Shown here: positions 38,601 to 52,000 of the stretch, in pieces
How the letters are laid out: each line of letters begins with the position of its first letter
Numbering within the stretch: the stretch's first letter is position 1
Source of the DNA: Bilabrum cf. latius
Taxonomy: Eukaryota
Assembly (NCBI GenBank): GCA_965178125.1
Contig: OZ237737.1
Location: 806,001-870,000, forward strand
Reading direction: 5' to 3'
Length of the DNA stretch: 64,000 nt
Made by a program: the position numbers and the translations under genes
The notes under the pieces: model-generated
The model's input: the letters and a program-made list of their open reading frames with translations, nothing else
The model's database searches: none
Told to the model about the DNA's origin: nothing

Positions 38601-41600
38601 CACGCTGTTTTACATCAGCGGCTGCAGCGGTCAGGTGTACCTGGCTCGTGGACGCACCCTCGACTACGAGACAGACCCTGTCAAGTTCATCACGGTGCGT
38701 GCCACCCCCCTGCAGCAGCCCGAGCAGGGAGCCGAGTTCCGCATCCCAGTGTACCTTATCGACGTGGACGAGCCCCCGCTGTTCATTGAGCAGATGAACT
38801 TCACCCAGGCGATCCGGACTGTGCCCGAGAACGCTGCCCCTGGGTCTGCCTTCCCCGACGCGAAGCTGACGGCTATCGATCCTGAGGGTAAGGACGAGGA
38901 CACGGAGTACTCGATCTTCTCGATGGATCAGGACGCTGAGGTGGGTGGCCCCGACGGAGAGCCACTGTTCACGATCGACCCGGATGACGGCACACTGCAC
39001 GTGGGTCCTGCCGGCGGGCTGAGCTTCGAGCGCTTCAGCGAGTACAAGCTGCAGGTGCGGGCCACTTCGAAGGTGAACGCCGCTATCTTCTCCCAGATGG
39101 CTGTGACGATCCGCCTGGAAGACCGCAACGACGCCCCGATGTTCCCCGAGGACATCCAGGAGATCACGGCTCGCTTCTCGCAGCTGGCCGACATGGCCTG
39201 GATCGGCACCGACACGATCGCTGTGGAGGACGAGGACGTGAACTCGACTGTGTTCGTGCAGCTGCTGCAGAGCTCCACCGGAGTGGTGCATCGCGACCTT
39301 CCCGGGCCTGGCTCCGACATCACCCGCAAGAACTACGTGGGCATCGAGGGTGGAGAGCCTGGCAACGCCACCGCTGGTCGCTTCTACTGGACTGAGGCGC
39401 CCAACGCGACCGCCGATATCAGCTGGACGGACCAGATCTACGATGGTCAGTTTGTGCGCCTGGTGTACACCGTGAAGGTGAACGCCACTGACAACTACGG
39501 GGCCACGACGATCGGCGACGTGCGCATCATCCTGGTGTCCGACGAGAGCGGCGGCACTGACAGGCCGCTGGTGGAGTCCGTGACTATGCCGACTGGCACC
39601 GCCTTGACCACTTCTGGTGGCGAGACCCTGCGTTTCGCCGGATCTCGCTTCTCGCGGGCCACTGGCTTCCGTGTGGTGGGCACGAACGCGATCGGACGCA
39701 GGTACGAGACCACCAGCTGCACTGCGACCGATGACAACACCCTGGACTGCACGTCTCCCGAGGGCACTGGTTTGTGCAACTGGGTGGTGTACGCGATGGT
39801 GAACGGCGAGGAGATCCGCAGCTTTGCCATCGGGCGGATGGAGTTCACGTACCAGGCTCCCAACATCACGGCCGTGACCATGGATCAGGTGGCCATCAAT
39901 GCAGGTGGGCTGAACACCAAGGGCGTGGGCTCTGGGTCTTCGCATGAGCTGAACAGCAAGTTCGTAATCACTGGCACTGACCTGGGCAGCGACCCGCAGG
40001 CTGTGATGGTGTACGTGGGCCGGGTGACCCCTACCTCTAGCGAGTACCGGTTCGTGTCAACGTCGATCGAGAGCGCCGACCATGGCTCTCTGCTTGTGGG
40101 TGCCCCTGAGGGCATCGGTGCTGACCTTCAGATCCGGGTGTCTGTGGGTGGGCTCTTTGTCGATGCGCCCGACAGGCAGACCGTGACGTATGCTCCTCCT
40201 CGCGTGATCAGCCTGCGCTCTGGCATTACGAGCTCGTTCACGTACAACCACAACATGGAGCCGGAGGGGTGGTCGTGGGAGGCCGAGTACCAGACCAGGT
40301 ACGACCAGGAGATCGCCCGTGGCGACACTCATGAGCAGGCACATGCTGATGCTACCAGGTATGCTGACTCGAGGCGCATCTGGAACCGGTTCATCATCAC
40401 CGGCGAGAACTTCGGTCCCATGGAGGTGCTTGGAGCTGAGACCAGGCCGCTTGTGTACTTCGGCCCCGACTGCTCGAGGCAGTTTGAGCTGCTGAGCTGC
40501 GAGCTTACCCAGGCATCCACCCAGATCACGTGCGAGGGATACACGCGCGGTGCTGGCGCCCGGCACGGCCTCAGCGTGAGGATCACCGACAACACGAACG
40601 TGGTGCTTGCGCCTGACATCCTGTAGGACGAGCAGTGCAGCCACGAGGAGAGCACGCTGCCGTCGACCAACATCGTGTACCGGACCAGGTCGCTGTCGTA
40701 CAGGCCGCCCCAGGTGTACCAGCTCATCAACCCGCCTCAGCAGGGCAACACTGCCGGTGGCGATGTGGTGCGCATCCGTGGCCGGTACTTCGGCAACCCC
40801 AGCTCCGAGCTGCCCGTGACGGCGTACTACGGCCCTGACCCTGTCTACCGCTGGCCCAACTACCCCGGCGACCAGCTGAAGGCGACTGCCGGTACTGAGT
40901 CCATTGAGGCGTCCACCTGTGTGGTGCGCAGTGACGACATCATCGACTGCCAGATGGCAGCTCTGCCTGAGTGGATGGACGCCAACGGCCCGCATGCATG
41001 GACCGTGGAGGTGGGTGGCCAGGTGGCTCTGTGGAGCCGTGGCTTCACCCGGTACGGTTTCCCCACTGTGACTGGGCTGACCGGCGAGGGTGCTGTGCGC
41101 GCCAACACCACGGGTAGCCAGAAGGTGGTGATCGATGGCCGCAACTTCGGCCCCGTGGTACCTGACACGGTGAACTACATCGCGCAGGTGGCAGACCCGG
41201 GAGGCATGAACTCAACCTACGAGGGTCGCGTGAACGTGTCGCTGGCCCAGGGCCTGACCATGGCCCCTGCGCCCGCTCTGGGTGATGGCTCTGGCCTGGT
41301 GGTGCTGGACCCCCGTCGCGACTGCGTGATGACACAGGCGCACTACCAGCTGGAGTGCATGACCCTGCCTGGCGCTGGTCGCGCCCTTGAGTGGATCGTG
41401 GTGGTGAATGGTGAGCGGTCTCGCGTGCCCCAGGCATCGTACAAGGCCCCGACCGTGAACGAGATCATGATGCCCGGCACACCCACGGATCGTCGTGTGG
41501 AGGACGCTGATTCGGCTGGCGGCACCTGGGTGCTGGTGACTGGTCAGAACTTGGGCCCCCCCACCCGCGATATGTATGACCCCGAGCAGTCGTCCGGTGC

Positions 41601-44600
41601 GATGGTGCAGTGGGTGGAGTACGGCAAGACCGCGACTGGCGAGTGGAACAGCGCGCTGAACTACACGGTGATCTCCCATGAGCAGATCATGGTGCAGCTG
41701 GGCCCCGGCATCGGGCGTGACTTCCAGATTCGCGTGTCTGTGGCCGACCAGGTGAGCGAGGCGAGCGGTGACGGCGGCAACGACCCCCGCGGTACGTTCG
41801 ACTTCAGCCTGCCCACGCCGCTGTACGTGACCCCGAATGTGGGCAACCCCAAGCCCATGCCTTGGAACTCGGAGACCCTGGTGATGTTCGCCAGGCATTT
41901 GCCGCCGGCCAGCGACCCCACTTCCGCCGTGGTTGGCCTGTGGGACCCCAGCTTCCCCCCTCGCCCCGCCTCTCTGGATGATGACTCCATCCCCGATGAC
42001 GACGAGGGCAAGACTCAGGACCGCGAGCAGTACGAGCAGGCCGTGCGGAGCTACCTGGGCTCGCTGGTGCCCATCCATGCCGAGCAGCTGGTGAACGATA
42101 CCGCCGCTTGCGTGTTCGTGGACACCCTGGACCGCGGTACGGTGAACAACCTGTGGCAGCAGTACGATGTCGGTGGGAAGGTGGCTGGGTACCAGTCGGG
42201 CCAGGGCCTGCCCCTGGACGTAGGCGCTGTGCGTGTGGTGGTGCCTCCTGGATTCGGCCGGGGCCACGTGCTTGGCCTGGGCCTCGTGGGCATGGACGCT
42301 GCGACCGGCATGGTGGCTACAAACGCCGAGGTGGAGTCTCGGTCTGACTGGGAGAGCCTGAAGCAGTTCCACTACAATGAGCCGGAGCTGGACTTCCCCG
42401 AGATGACCACCGTGGCTGTGTCTGGCGACGATGAGCTCAAGCTACAGGCCACCCGTGCCTTCGGTGGACAGCCTTCAGAAGCTGATTCGTTCTCTCGCAA
42501 CATCTGGGAGGTCACGCTACGCGGCCAGAGGCTGTCGGACTGGTTCGAGCTGCTTCCCGACCAGGACGCCGGTGCCACGGAGACCCCGTACCGGCTGATC
42601 ACGCTGGAGCCCGGGCCGGATCACATGGAGCCTGTGCCTGGCGGGAACCCTGTGGCCGAGGGCCGCACGCTGATGTTCTACAAGGGCAACTTCGCCGAGG
42701 ACACTGCCGGTGGCAACGTGAGCGCTTCTGGTTGGGTCTCGCACGTGCAGCAGACGCAGCTGCCCGCTGATCAGCGGGAGTTCCAGCTGATCGCGTGGCG
42801 CGATGACATGATCAGGCTGTGGGTGCGCGCCGGCACCTTCACGGTGCGTGCTGTGGTGGAGACGACGAACAAGCTGGACGAGGTGAAGGGCACCGTGCCC
42901 GCCACCGAGCACACGTACACGACCAAGGACGTGGTGGTCTCTCAGGAGGCTCCCATCATCTCGGACCTCGTGGGCCAGCCCCCGGGCGGGTACCCCACGA
43001 CGGGCGAGGGGCACGTGCTAGGCCTCGCCTTGCCGTTCCGGTCGCTCACATCGCAGGACGAGAAGGGCGTGCTTGCGCTGTTCGGCAACGACTGTGACGA
43101 GGTCAACTACAACGACCAGCGGATGTGCAATGGCCGTCTGCTGAACCGCCGCCAGGTCACGACCAGCCCCATCACTGCTCCCGAGCCGGTGATCTACGCT
43201 GACCCCCTCACTGGTGTGACGTACGAGCCCGACACGACTCCTGGCGCCGAGTCTCAGTCTCGCTTCGTGACCGAGGGCAGCGGTGCTGCCACCTTCGTGC
43301 GCGCTGCCTGCGAGGCGTACTACCAGGCAACTACCTCAGCGGCACCTCAGCTGGAGGACCTGTGCTTCTTCTGGGTACGTGTGCCGGCAGGGCAGGGCCG
43401 TGCTGTGTCCGTGCGCGTGTATGCCGGCACCCAGCTGTCTCCCGCCGTGACCATCGACTACGCCGAGCCCGTGGTGACCGCCATCGAGGTGGATGGTACT
43501 GCCTTCGCCGGTACGTCGGCTGCCAACGCGGCCACGTTCCCGTCGACCGGTGGGGCCATCGTGCTTCAGGGCCACAACTTCGGCATGAAGGCCACCGTGA
43601 CATTCGGCGATTCGTACTCGCTGGTGGCGTGCAGCCAGGCTGCCATGACGAACAACTTCGTGGGCTTCAGCTCAAGCGACTGCGATGCCACCATCACCAT
43701 GGACTCTGCCACCTCCGGCATGGCTCGCATCACGGTGGATGCTCCTCGCGGCCAGGGCGCATACGATGAGCTGGTGCTGGTGGTGGACCACGGCCTGGGC
43801 CACGACTCTGACCCTGTGCGCTTCAAGTACGAGATGCCTATGATCTCGAGCGTGGTGCTGGCCACGGAAGATGCCGGGGATGTGGAGCAGTCCATGTTCG
43901 GATCTCTGGGAGCCCGCGATGTGGAGGTGGGCCAGGACAGTCAGGGCAACCCCTTCACGAACGGATACCGCATGCCCACCACTGGCATCGACCTGGATGA
44001 CCAGCACTACCAGGCTCTGGACAGGTATGGCGTCAAGGCAGATCTGTGGATCGTGATCCGCGGGTCGGGTCTCGGCCAGTACCACCCCCTGGTGTACCCC
44101 GTGGACGAGTCAGCGCGCGTGTACATCGGGCGCAACGATGCCGCCGGCGAGATAGAGGTGGACAGCATGTACGTGGTGCGCGACATCACGACTGAGGGCG
44201 CGGGTGAGTCTCTGATCGCCGTGCCTCTGCCCGAGGGCGGTGGTGCCGACTACTACGTGCGCGTGGTGGTAGCAGGCCAGGAGTCCAACGTCTACACGGG
44301 TGCGTTCAGCTATGCCCGGCCCGTGATCCAGTCTGTGGAGGTGATCACGTCTGCCATGAGCGATGGCTCGCTGCCCGCCGTGTCGAGCAACTCCCTGACT
44401 GTGTCTGCTCAGACCCTGTCTTTCAGTAGCTCTGGCGGATTCCTGGAGGCGCCCCCCACGGGAGGTGCTGTGGTGCGCATCCGTGGGCGCAACTTCGGCC
44501 GCCAGGTGCTTGCCCAGGCCGACTCGCAGGGCCGCGAGACCGGCAAGGTGCAGTGCGCGTTCCTGAGCCACATCGACCCTCCCCCAAGCTGGGTGCCTAC

Positions 44601-47600
44601 CTCTGGTGCCAGGCCCATCCCCACGTGCGATGGTGCCGAGACGTACATGGGCGAGGGCGAGGCCTTCACGAACAGCACTGACCCGTCTAGCCCGAGTCCC
44701 CAGTCCGTGACGTGGAGCCACACGACCGTGGAGATGACCATCCCCGAGGGCATCGGATACCGTGTGGTGCTGCTGGCCGCTCGTGGTGGCGCACTGGCCT
44801 CTCTGGAGCCGCAGGCATCGACCTTCACTCCTTCGGGTGTGATCATCCCTGGATGGAACGATCCAGACACGACACCTGCCTTGGTGCCCCGCGCCGTGCC
44901 TCTGCGGTTCGCGCCTCCTCAGCTGAGCGGCCTGACGTACTACGTGCCCGAGGGCGAGGCCACTGGCGAGGACGTGGGCGAGGATGCACTGACTCGCATG
45001 AGCGCCGCACATACTCGCGGATCGACCGTGGTGCTGGAGGGCCGCAGCTTCGGCCCCGACACCGTACTGGACGAGCTGACCAACTCGGAGACCGAGGACG
45101 TGTTCCAGGAGCTGGCCCAGCCGCGCAGCCTGCCTCTGGGTGCCGCGCACCGTGCGCCCATGGACCATGTGCGTGTGCTTGTCGGTGGTGGCTGCCGCAC
45201 GGACAGCATGGAGTGGTCTGCGACGAGTGTGGACGTGCGCCGCGACGTGGTGGACGGGCTGATCCCTGCCCATTGGGCTGCCGAGGACGAGGTGATCCAG
45301 GAGGTGCGCAGCTGCATGCCTCGTGGCGTGGAGGAGCGCACTGACACGAGCATGCGTGTGGTTGTGCCGCCTGGTGTGGGAGCCAGCAAGCAGGTGTCTG
45401 TGGAGGTGGTGCGCGCTGCACCTCTCCGCCTGAGTCCGTCTCTGGTGGTGCCCATGTCGCAGGCACCCCCCCTGTCGTCGTCCAGCTCTGGCTCATCCAT
45501 GGTGACGTACGAGTACCGTGACCCGGAGCCCACCCGTGTGGATCCTGGCTACATGTACATCACGAACTCTGCCCAGATCGGAGCCGCTGCCGAGCCCGAG
45601 GACATCGTGGTGTTCGGACGGTATCTGGGCCGCTTCGAGGACGAGCGGTCTGTGCGCAGGCCTGCGAACGATTCGTTCCAAAACGTGCGGTACGTGCAGG
45701 ACGGTTGGAACCTGGAGCTGGCCATCAACGTGACCAGCATGTACACTCAGGACGACCTTGAGTTCGACATCGGCGCGCCTGAGGGCGAGGCAGCCGAGGG
45801 CAGGCGTCTGCAGGTGACCGAGAACGCCACGCTGGCGATGCACGTGAACTGCTCCGACGTGGTGGCCCGTGTGGAGAAGGGCCAGGGAGGCCGCGGGCAG
45901 CCCGAGGCGTGGGAGGATGCCATCCGGTGCCCCACGCTTCGTACCGACCTGCTGACCGCCGGTCCCAAGGCTGTGAGCGTGCGCGTTGGCTCGCTGGAGG
46001 GCGAGCTGTCGGCCGAGAGCTCGAACAAGCTGATCGTGGGCTGCGACTTTGGGTACTTCGGTGGTGTGGGCGAGACGTGCCTGCAGTGCCCTGTGACCCG
46101 TCAGGGCGAGATGGTGGGTGCCATGTGCGCCGGCTACGACTCTGAGACTGACTCGCACACGTACCCGGTGTCTCGCCGTGGCTGGTACGACCTGAAGACC
46201 CCTGATGAGCTGTCCATCTGCCCCGTGACTGGCGGGCAGCGCGGCGATGAGGTGGCTCGTGGTGTGTGCGTCGTACCTTGCGTGCCCGCCGAGGCTTGCA
46301 TGGGCGACAACACGTGCGCCGAGGGCTACGAGTCTAAGGCTCCTTCGTTCAGGTGCGCCGCGTGCGCCGAGGGCTACTACAAGAAGGCCGGCGTGTGCGC
46401 CAAGTGCCCCGACAACCCGTGGGTGGTGATCGTGGCGTTCATCATCGCTGCTGCCTGCGCCGGTGGCATGGGTCTGTGGCTGAACTCGACCAACATCAAC
46501 ATCGCCATCCTGTCGATCGGTGTGGACTGGTTCCAGGTGGTGTCTCTGTTCGCCAACGCCCGCATCAAGTACCCGCCTGTGCTGGACGACCTGCTGACGT
46601 ACATGTCTGCGTTCAACCTGAACATCTCCCTTGCCGTGCCCGAGTGCATCAGCCCGAACGTCGGGTGGGAGCAGAAGTTCTACTTCACCATCGCATTCCC
46701 GCTGGCCGTTGGCGTCATGCTGTTCCTTGCTTTCGCCAGCTTCGCGCTGTACAAGTACCTGGTGCTGGGCCGCAGCGACAAGCACTCTACTTTCTCGCAT
46801 GTGAACAAGCTGATCTCTGGCGGCATCATCGTGTGCTACTTCCTGTACCTGTTCGTGACTGCCACGCTGATGGAGGCGCTGAACTGCATCAAGGTGGACG
46901 ATTCGGATCCGAACACGTACATGCTGGTGGGTGACCTGGAGCCATGCTACGAGCCCGGGGGGCTGCACATGCGTGTGTTCCCTATCGCCATTGTGTTCAT
47001 GCTGTTCTACACGTTCGGCTACCCCGCCATCCTGGGCTACGTGCTGTGGAGCAACCGGGAGCGCATCATGGAGGACCAGCTGCTGCGCGCCAAGGGCCTG
47101 GGGTACGACCGCATCAGCAACCCCCGCGCGTACGATCTTCGCAGGTCGATCGAGCGGTCGTACTTCGCGTTCCGTCCCGAGTACGCCGCCGGCACGATGG
47201 GCTTCAACTCTTGGATCGTGGTGATCCTGGCCCGCAAGGCACTGATCGCCATCACTTCGCTTGTGTGGGCGAACAACTCGTCGCTGCAGCTGTCCGTGAG
47301 TCTGCTTGTGCTGCTGTGCGCGTACGCCATGCAGGTGTACCACCAGCCGTACATGGCCCCTGCCGACCGCGAGGAGACTCTGCGCCATACCATGATTCTG
47401 GCCCTGGAGGACGAGCACAGCATCTGGGCCAAGCTGCAGAAGAACGTGAAGGAGGTGGAGAAGCGCCTGCAGAAGACCGGGCAGAAGACCGACTGGTCGC
47501 GCCCGAACCAGTCCGTGCGATACTCGAACCCCGTGGCCCAGGCCATGGGCTCCGTGGCCGTGGGCATGTTCTCGTGGAACACGCTGGAGTCGGGCCTGCT

Positions 47601-48489
47601 GTTCTCTGCTCTGCTGATCAACCTGTCCGGCATCTGCTTCAACGCGATCCAGACTCAGTGCGAGATCGAGAACAACTGCGACTTCTTCCAGCCTCAGGTG
47701 GACACTCTGCTTGGCCTGGTGCTGACGCTGATCTTCACGTCCATCTTCTACTTCATCTTCGTGCTGGTGACGGAGATCTCATACATGTACCAGGAGGAGA
47801 TGGTGCGCCGCGGCAAGATGCGGCCGGACGAGCTTTAGACGCTGCCCGAGCAGATCATGGTGTGCTGCGGCTGCGCCGACGAGAACGCGCAGGCTCTGCT
47901 GGTGAAGCAGCGCAACATGAAGAACTCCAAGAAGGGCTCCTCCAAGCGCAAGCTCGTGGCCGATGCACTCGAGGCGCAGGAGGGCGAGCCCGCGGACGCC
48001 GACATGTCCGCCAACCCGATCTTCAAGCGCCTGGCCGAGAACGCCGAGAAGGACGCCGCCGCCAAGAAGGAGGACGCGGAAGACGGGCCCGTGATCGAGG
48101 AGATCCCCGACGCGGATGGGCGCGGCGTGACCGAGGCGGAGGCCCAGGAGATCCGGGAGCGCGCCCAGGTGGTGCTGCAGATGCGCAACCCGCCGAGCGG
48201 CGCATCGTGGGAGCAGATCCGCAGCAACTACGTGAACCTGTCCAAGCACATCGAGGAGCTGGCCCGTCAGATGCGCCGCGCAGGCGTGCAGGGACGGCGC
48301 GGATCGAGCTTGGAGACAGCCGCGGCAGGTGCTCGCCGCGGCCGCGCCGGAGGCAGGCGCGTCGGTGGCGGTGCTCGCGGTGGGGAGGGACGCAAGGCCT
48401 TTGGCCAGATGCAGACCACCTCCACCAGCGGGGCCACTGCTGACGGCGGCATGGTGAACCCCATGGCTGCCAAGAAGGGGGGCAAGTGA
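35691..48489 (+). CDS. Giant (~4,100 aa) surface receptor: signal peptide, ConA/LamG-like and Sushi-like domains, 2-3 cadherin domains, IPT/TIG-like repeats, Cys-rich region, about 9 TM segments, tail (paralogue A)
   Basis: ATG 35691 MLSFAIACIMAACAMAQLVP; several short 5' exons (donors gtgag at 35791, 36012 and 36172). Main exon 36820-48489 is one frame with TAG at 37867, 38584, 40624 and 47836 and stop TGA 48487. Cadherin motifs LDYE, DVDEPP and DRNDAP. The TM region resembles that of the 17707-35214 gene. Confidence 0.9.
37920..45622 (+). repeat. Copy 1 of a near-identical segmental duplication (partner 56298-64000)
   Basis: Landmarks match at a constant offset of 18,378 bp (38584/56962, 40624/59002). 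The ORF track shows identical shadow ORFs at the same offset. Confidence 0.95.
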
Positions 48490-49069
48490 GTTGAGTGCTT
48501 GTCCCGGTGCTGGCTGTGATCGATTGGGCGCTTTGCGCTTGATCGTCGCAGCTGGGCATCAAAACCGAGGAGCGGCTAGCGTCGTTGACGTTGAGCGGAG
48601 GTAGTACGACAGCGCTTGGTGAATCAATTGCTTTATTGCTATCGGGCGTGTGTCCGATGCAGTGATCGCGATCGCCTAGAGTTGCCTGGAATCCTTTAGC
48701 TCGCGTCGGAGAATGACGCTGGCCGCCAGATGCATCCATTTTGTGTTCTGTTAGGACAGGTTTGTGGAATGCTTTGAATGTCTTGCTTGCATACTGGTAC
48801 GATTTTTTGCCTTTTGAACACATCGTGGATCGCACAAGCATTAATCCGCTACTGAAAACACTTTATCAGGGAAAAGCATAACGAGGAGTTAGAATAGCCT
48901 ATTACTAGAATTTTTGTCTGGTTACATGTTGATGTTTTGATTCAGTCGAATCCCGAGCTGTGGAGGCTCAGGCGCGGCCGGAACATAGTAGGGACTGCAG
49001 AGCAAGGCCGGGTCCGCTAGCACTAGACCGGTCTTTAACAAATACCACAGCACAAGATATCATACTTTA

Positions 49070-52000
49070 ATGCAAATTCCTGAAACGCACGCGGCCCTCG
49101 CTGTCACATTTCTGATGCTGGTGGTGCTGTGGTCCAGTGACGTATTCGGTGCACCATCGATGGCATCCGCCGTGCTGAGCGGGAAACAGTCTGGTTCCAT
49201 GCATGCTGTTGAGACTATCATTTTGGGTGGCGGTCCAGCAGGCGTACAGTAGGCATTCTATATGCATGCGTCGTCGCGTCCGTATATGCTACTTGAAAAG
49301 CAACAGCACCTTGCATGGTTTTTCAGCCACTATCCAAAGTTTAGGAAGCTGATTAGCATAAACAAGAGATACACGACACGTGAGGAACCTGAATTTGAAC
49401 TTCGCCACGACTGGAACTCGCTGCTGCAAGACTTACCAGTTGGCACTAACCGGCATGAGCGTGATCATTCCGAGCCAGTGCTCAGCCAAACGTTCAGTTT
49501 TAGTGACGATTAGAAGCGCTTGGAATCTCTTCTTCACGATGGAAGTATGGGCCAGCTAGAGGTGGGATCCGATCACTCAGCAGCCTTCGAAGCAGCAGGA
49601 GTCCCACTGCTTTGGAATGGATCCTCAATCAATGGCCAAGCTGCGCCTCGTGTACTGATGAGACACATGAGCAAGGAGTTTTATCCTCACGCTGATGATA
49701 TGGCACGATATATCTAGCTATTTGCAGAGCGATACCGTCTGAATGTGGCCTACGGTGCCAGCGTTGAATCAGTCGCGAGCCTCCACGGGCAAGCAGCAAC
49801 TGCGGCGCGAGACCAAGCACGTCTCGATTGGATGCCTCGGTTTGAGCTTCTTCTTGAGAACGGCTCGGCGGCATCCTTCCCCAATGACCCCGGTATCACG
49901 CCGACCATCCGGAGGTTCGTCTGCAGGCACCTGGTGGTCGCAACCGGACTGAGCGAAGGCCACCTGAGCCCCGCCCACTCGGGACTGGCCAAGCACGGCA
50001 CCCGGTACGACGAGCTTAGCAGCAACCCTGACGAAGAATTCGAAGGGAAGCGCGTTCTCATCGTTGGCCGCGGCAACGCAGCCTTCGAGGTGGCCGACAA
50101 CGCCCTCCGCCGAGCGAGACAGGTGCACGTGCTCGGCCGCAAGACAGGAAGGGTCAGGCTCGCGTGGGAGACGCACTACCCGGGTGATGTGAGGGTGACT
50201 CACGCGGCGCTGCTCGAGACGTACATGCTCAAGAGCCAGGACGGCATGCTGGAGGCCAGCAGCAGCAGCGGTGCAGTGCTGTGCAGGGACGATGCCACTG
50301 GGCTGCTCACTTTAGACGAGAGGGGCTCGTGCGCCCATCATGACTCGCAGGGAGACCTGAAGCAGTACGACAAGGTTGTTCTGTGCTTGGGCTGGCGATT
50401 TCAAGAGGATCATTTCAGGCGCGGTGGGATGAGGCTTGGGATGGGAGGGCAGGTCGGCTGGAAGCGGCGGCAGGTACTTGCCCGAGCGATGCGGAACGAG
50501 GGGAGGGGACCAGGCCTGCTTGACACTGCCGCGAGCGATCCGCTCAACCTGCTGCCCCGGCGCCGTGGGTCTTTGGTAGGGTAGCAGCAATCAAACAGCG
50601 AGATGAGCGCAAGAGACGGTAGCCATGAGGCTACAACCGGCGCCTCGGGTGTACATGAGGACGACGATATGCATGGTACGGGCACCGAGCTTGACGATGA
50701 TGCAAGCACTCACCACGCAGATGCACGAATTGCGTTCGACGGACGCGGCCTGGTCTGGCGCTCGCCACAGGGACGACAAAAGTACCCCCCTATCGTGCCT
50801 CATGGCAAGTACCCTACTATGGACGGTGTGTTCAGGAGCCCGAAATACGCTGGCCTCCGGTATGCTGGCACTCTGATGCACGCGGGAGACTGGAGGGTTG
50901 CAAGCGGTGGGTTTGTTCACGGGTTCAGGTATTTGATTCGGGCTCAGGACCGGGTCATGCAGGAGGAAGCAGAGCACTCGCCGCAGGCGTGGCCTCGCAT
51001 GCGTCTGCAAGGGTTCGACTCCATACTGTATGCAATTAAGCGAAGGCTGCTTGTGGGTTCTGGCCTGTATCAGATGTTTGGTCAGCTGCAAGATGTCGTG
51101 CTCCTTGACCTTGACAGCCAGCTGTGGGGCGGCCCAGCCAATTCATGGGACGGACCGCCCAAGGACGCAGAAGCGATCCTGCAGCTTCTCGCCGAGGGGC
51201 GCTATCCTGACAGTGAGGACGAATCCCTTAGCAGTGTTGGTCAGGTATGTCGCCCTGAGATCGCGAGCCAGCTGTTGCAACACTTGCGCGGCACTCTGAA
51301 GCCGTCACCTGCCTCAATGGGTGGTTGGACGGACGATGTGGAGGAGGATGGGAAAAGTCGCAAGCCTGAGCCGGACAAGGCCTCTGTCTGGGACCCCAGC
51401 CATCACGACACTCCCGAATATCTGGCAAGGATGCCAAGCGACTTGTAGCGCGCAGCTGGAGGGTTCTTGTTCGAGGAGGTGCCCGTGCGATAGCTGCACC
51501 TGCTCGCCAGGAGGTGGTCCTTCCAACTGCAGGCGTGCGCGAGAGCAGTCTCGTGCGGCAGTGCGGCGGGAGCTGAGGGCTAGGTGTCCTGCAAGCGGAG
51601 CGGCCCTTCTCCAGACGGGCATTCCGTGTACGCGTCCGTCTCACTCGAATACGGGAGTGGCGCGAAACGGTAGAGCGCAGCAGCCGATTAGTCGGACGTG
51701 TTCTCTCTGCACCGGGCCACATTTAGCCATGATGACGCTACTATGGGCCGTTTCCTGCACCCTGTAGTCCGCGTGTTTGTCTCAGGACACCACACGCACG
51801 GTTTCACAGGCGACTACCATCGCAGCCCACATGGTGACGTGCTCCGTATGGCTCGAAGGCGCGCTGAAGGAGAGCTGTTTGGCATACGACACGACGACAG
51901 AGAGGACACCGCCTGGCAGCAGGGCGATCGCGATAAGCCAGCTGCGTCTACCAGCTTCCCGCCACCCGTTTCTGATGCTCCCTTGCTTGTGGCAGAGGTG

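Noticed and set aside
37867-40626. TAG as pyrrolysine, as Trp via A-to-I editing, or as Leu, Tyr or Glu
   Set aside because: Paralogue and repeat alignments pair TAG with CAG/Gln, not TGG or other codons. No Pyl machinery is visible in the window.
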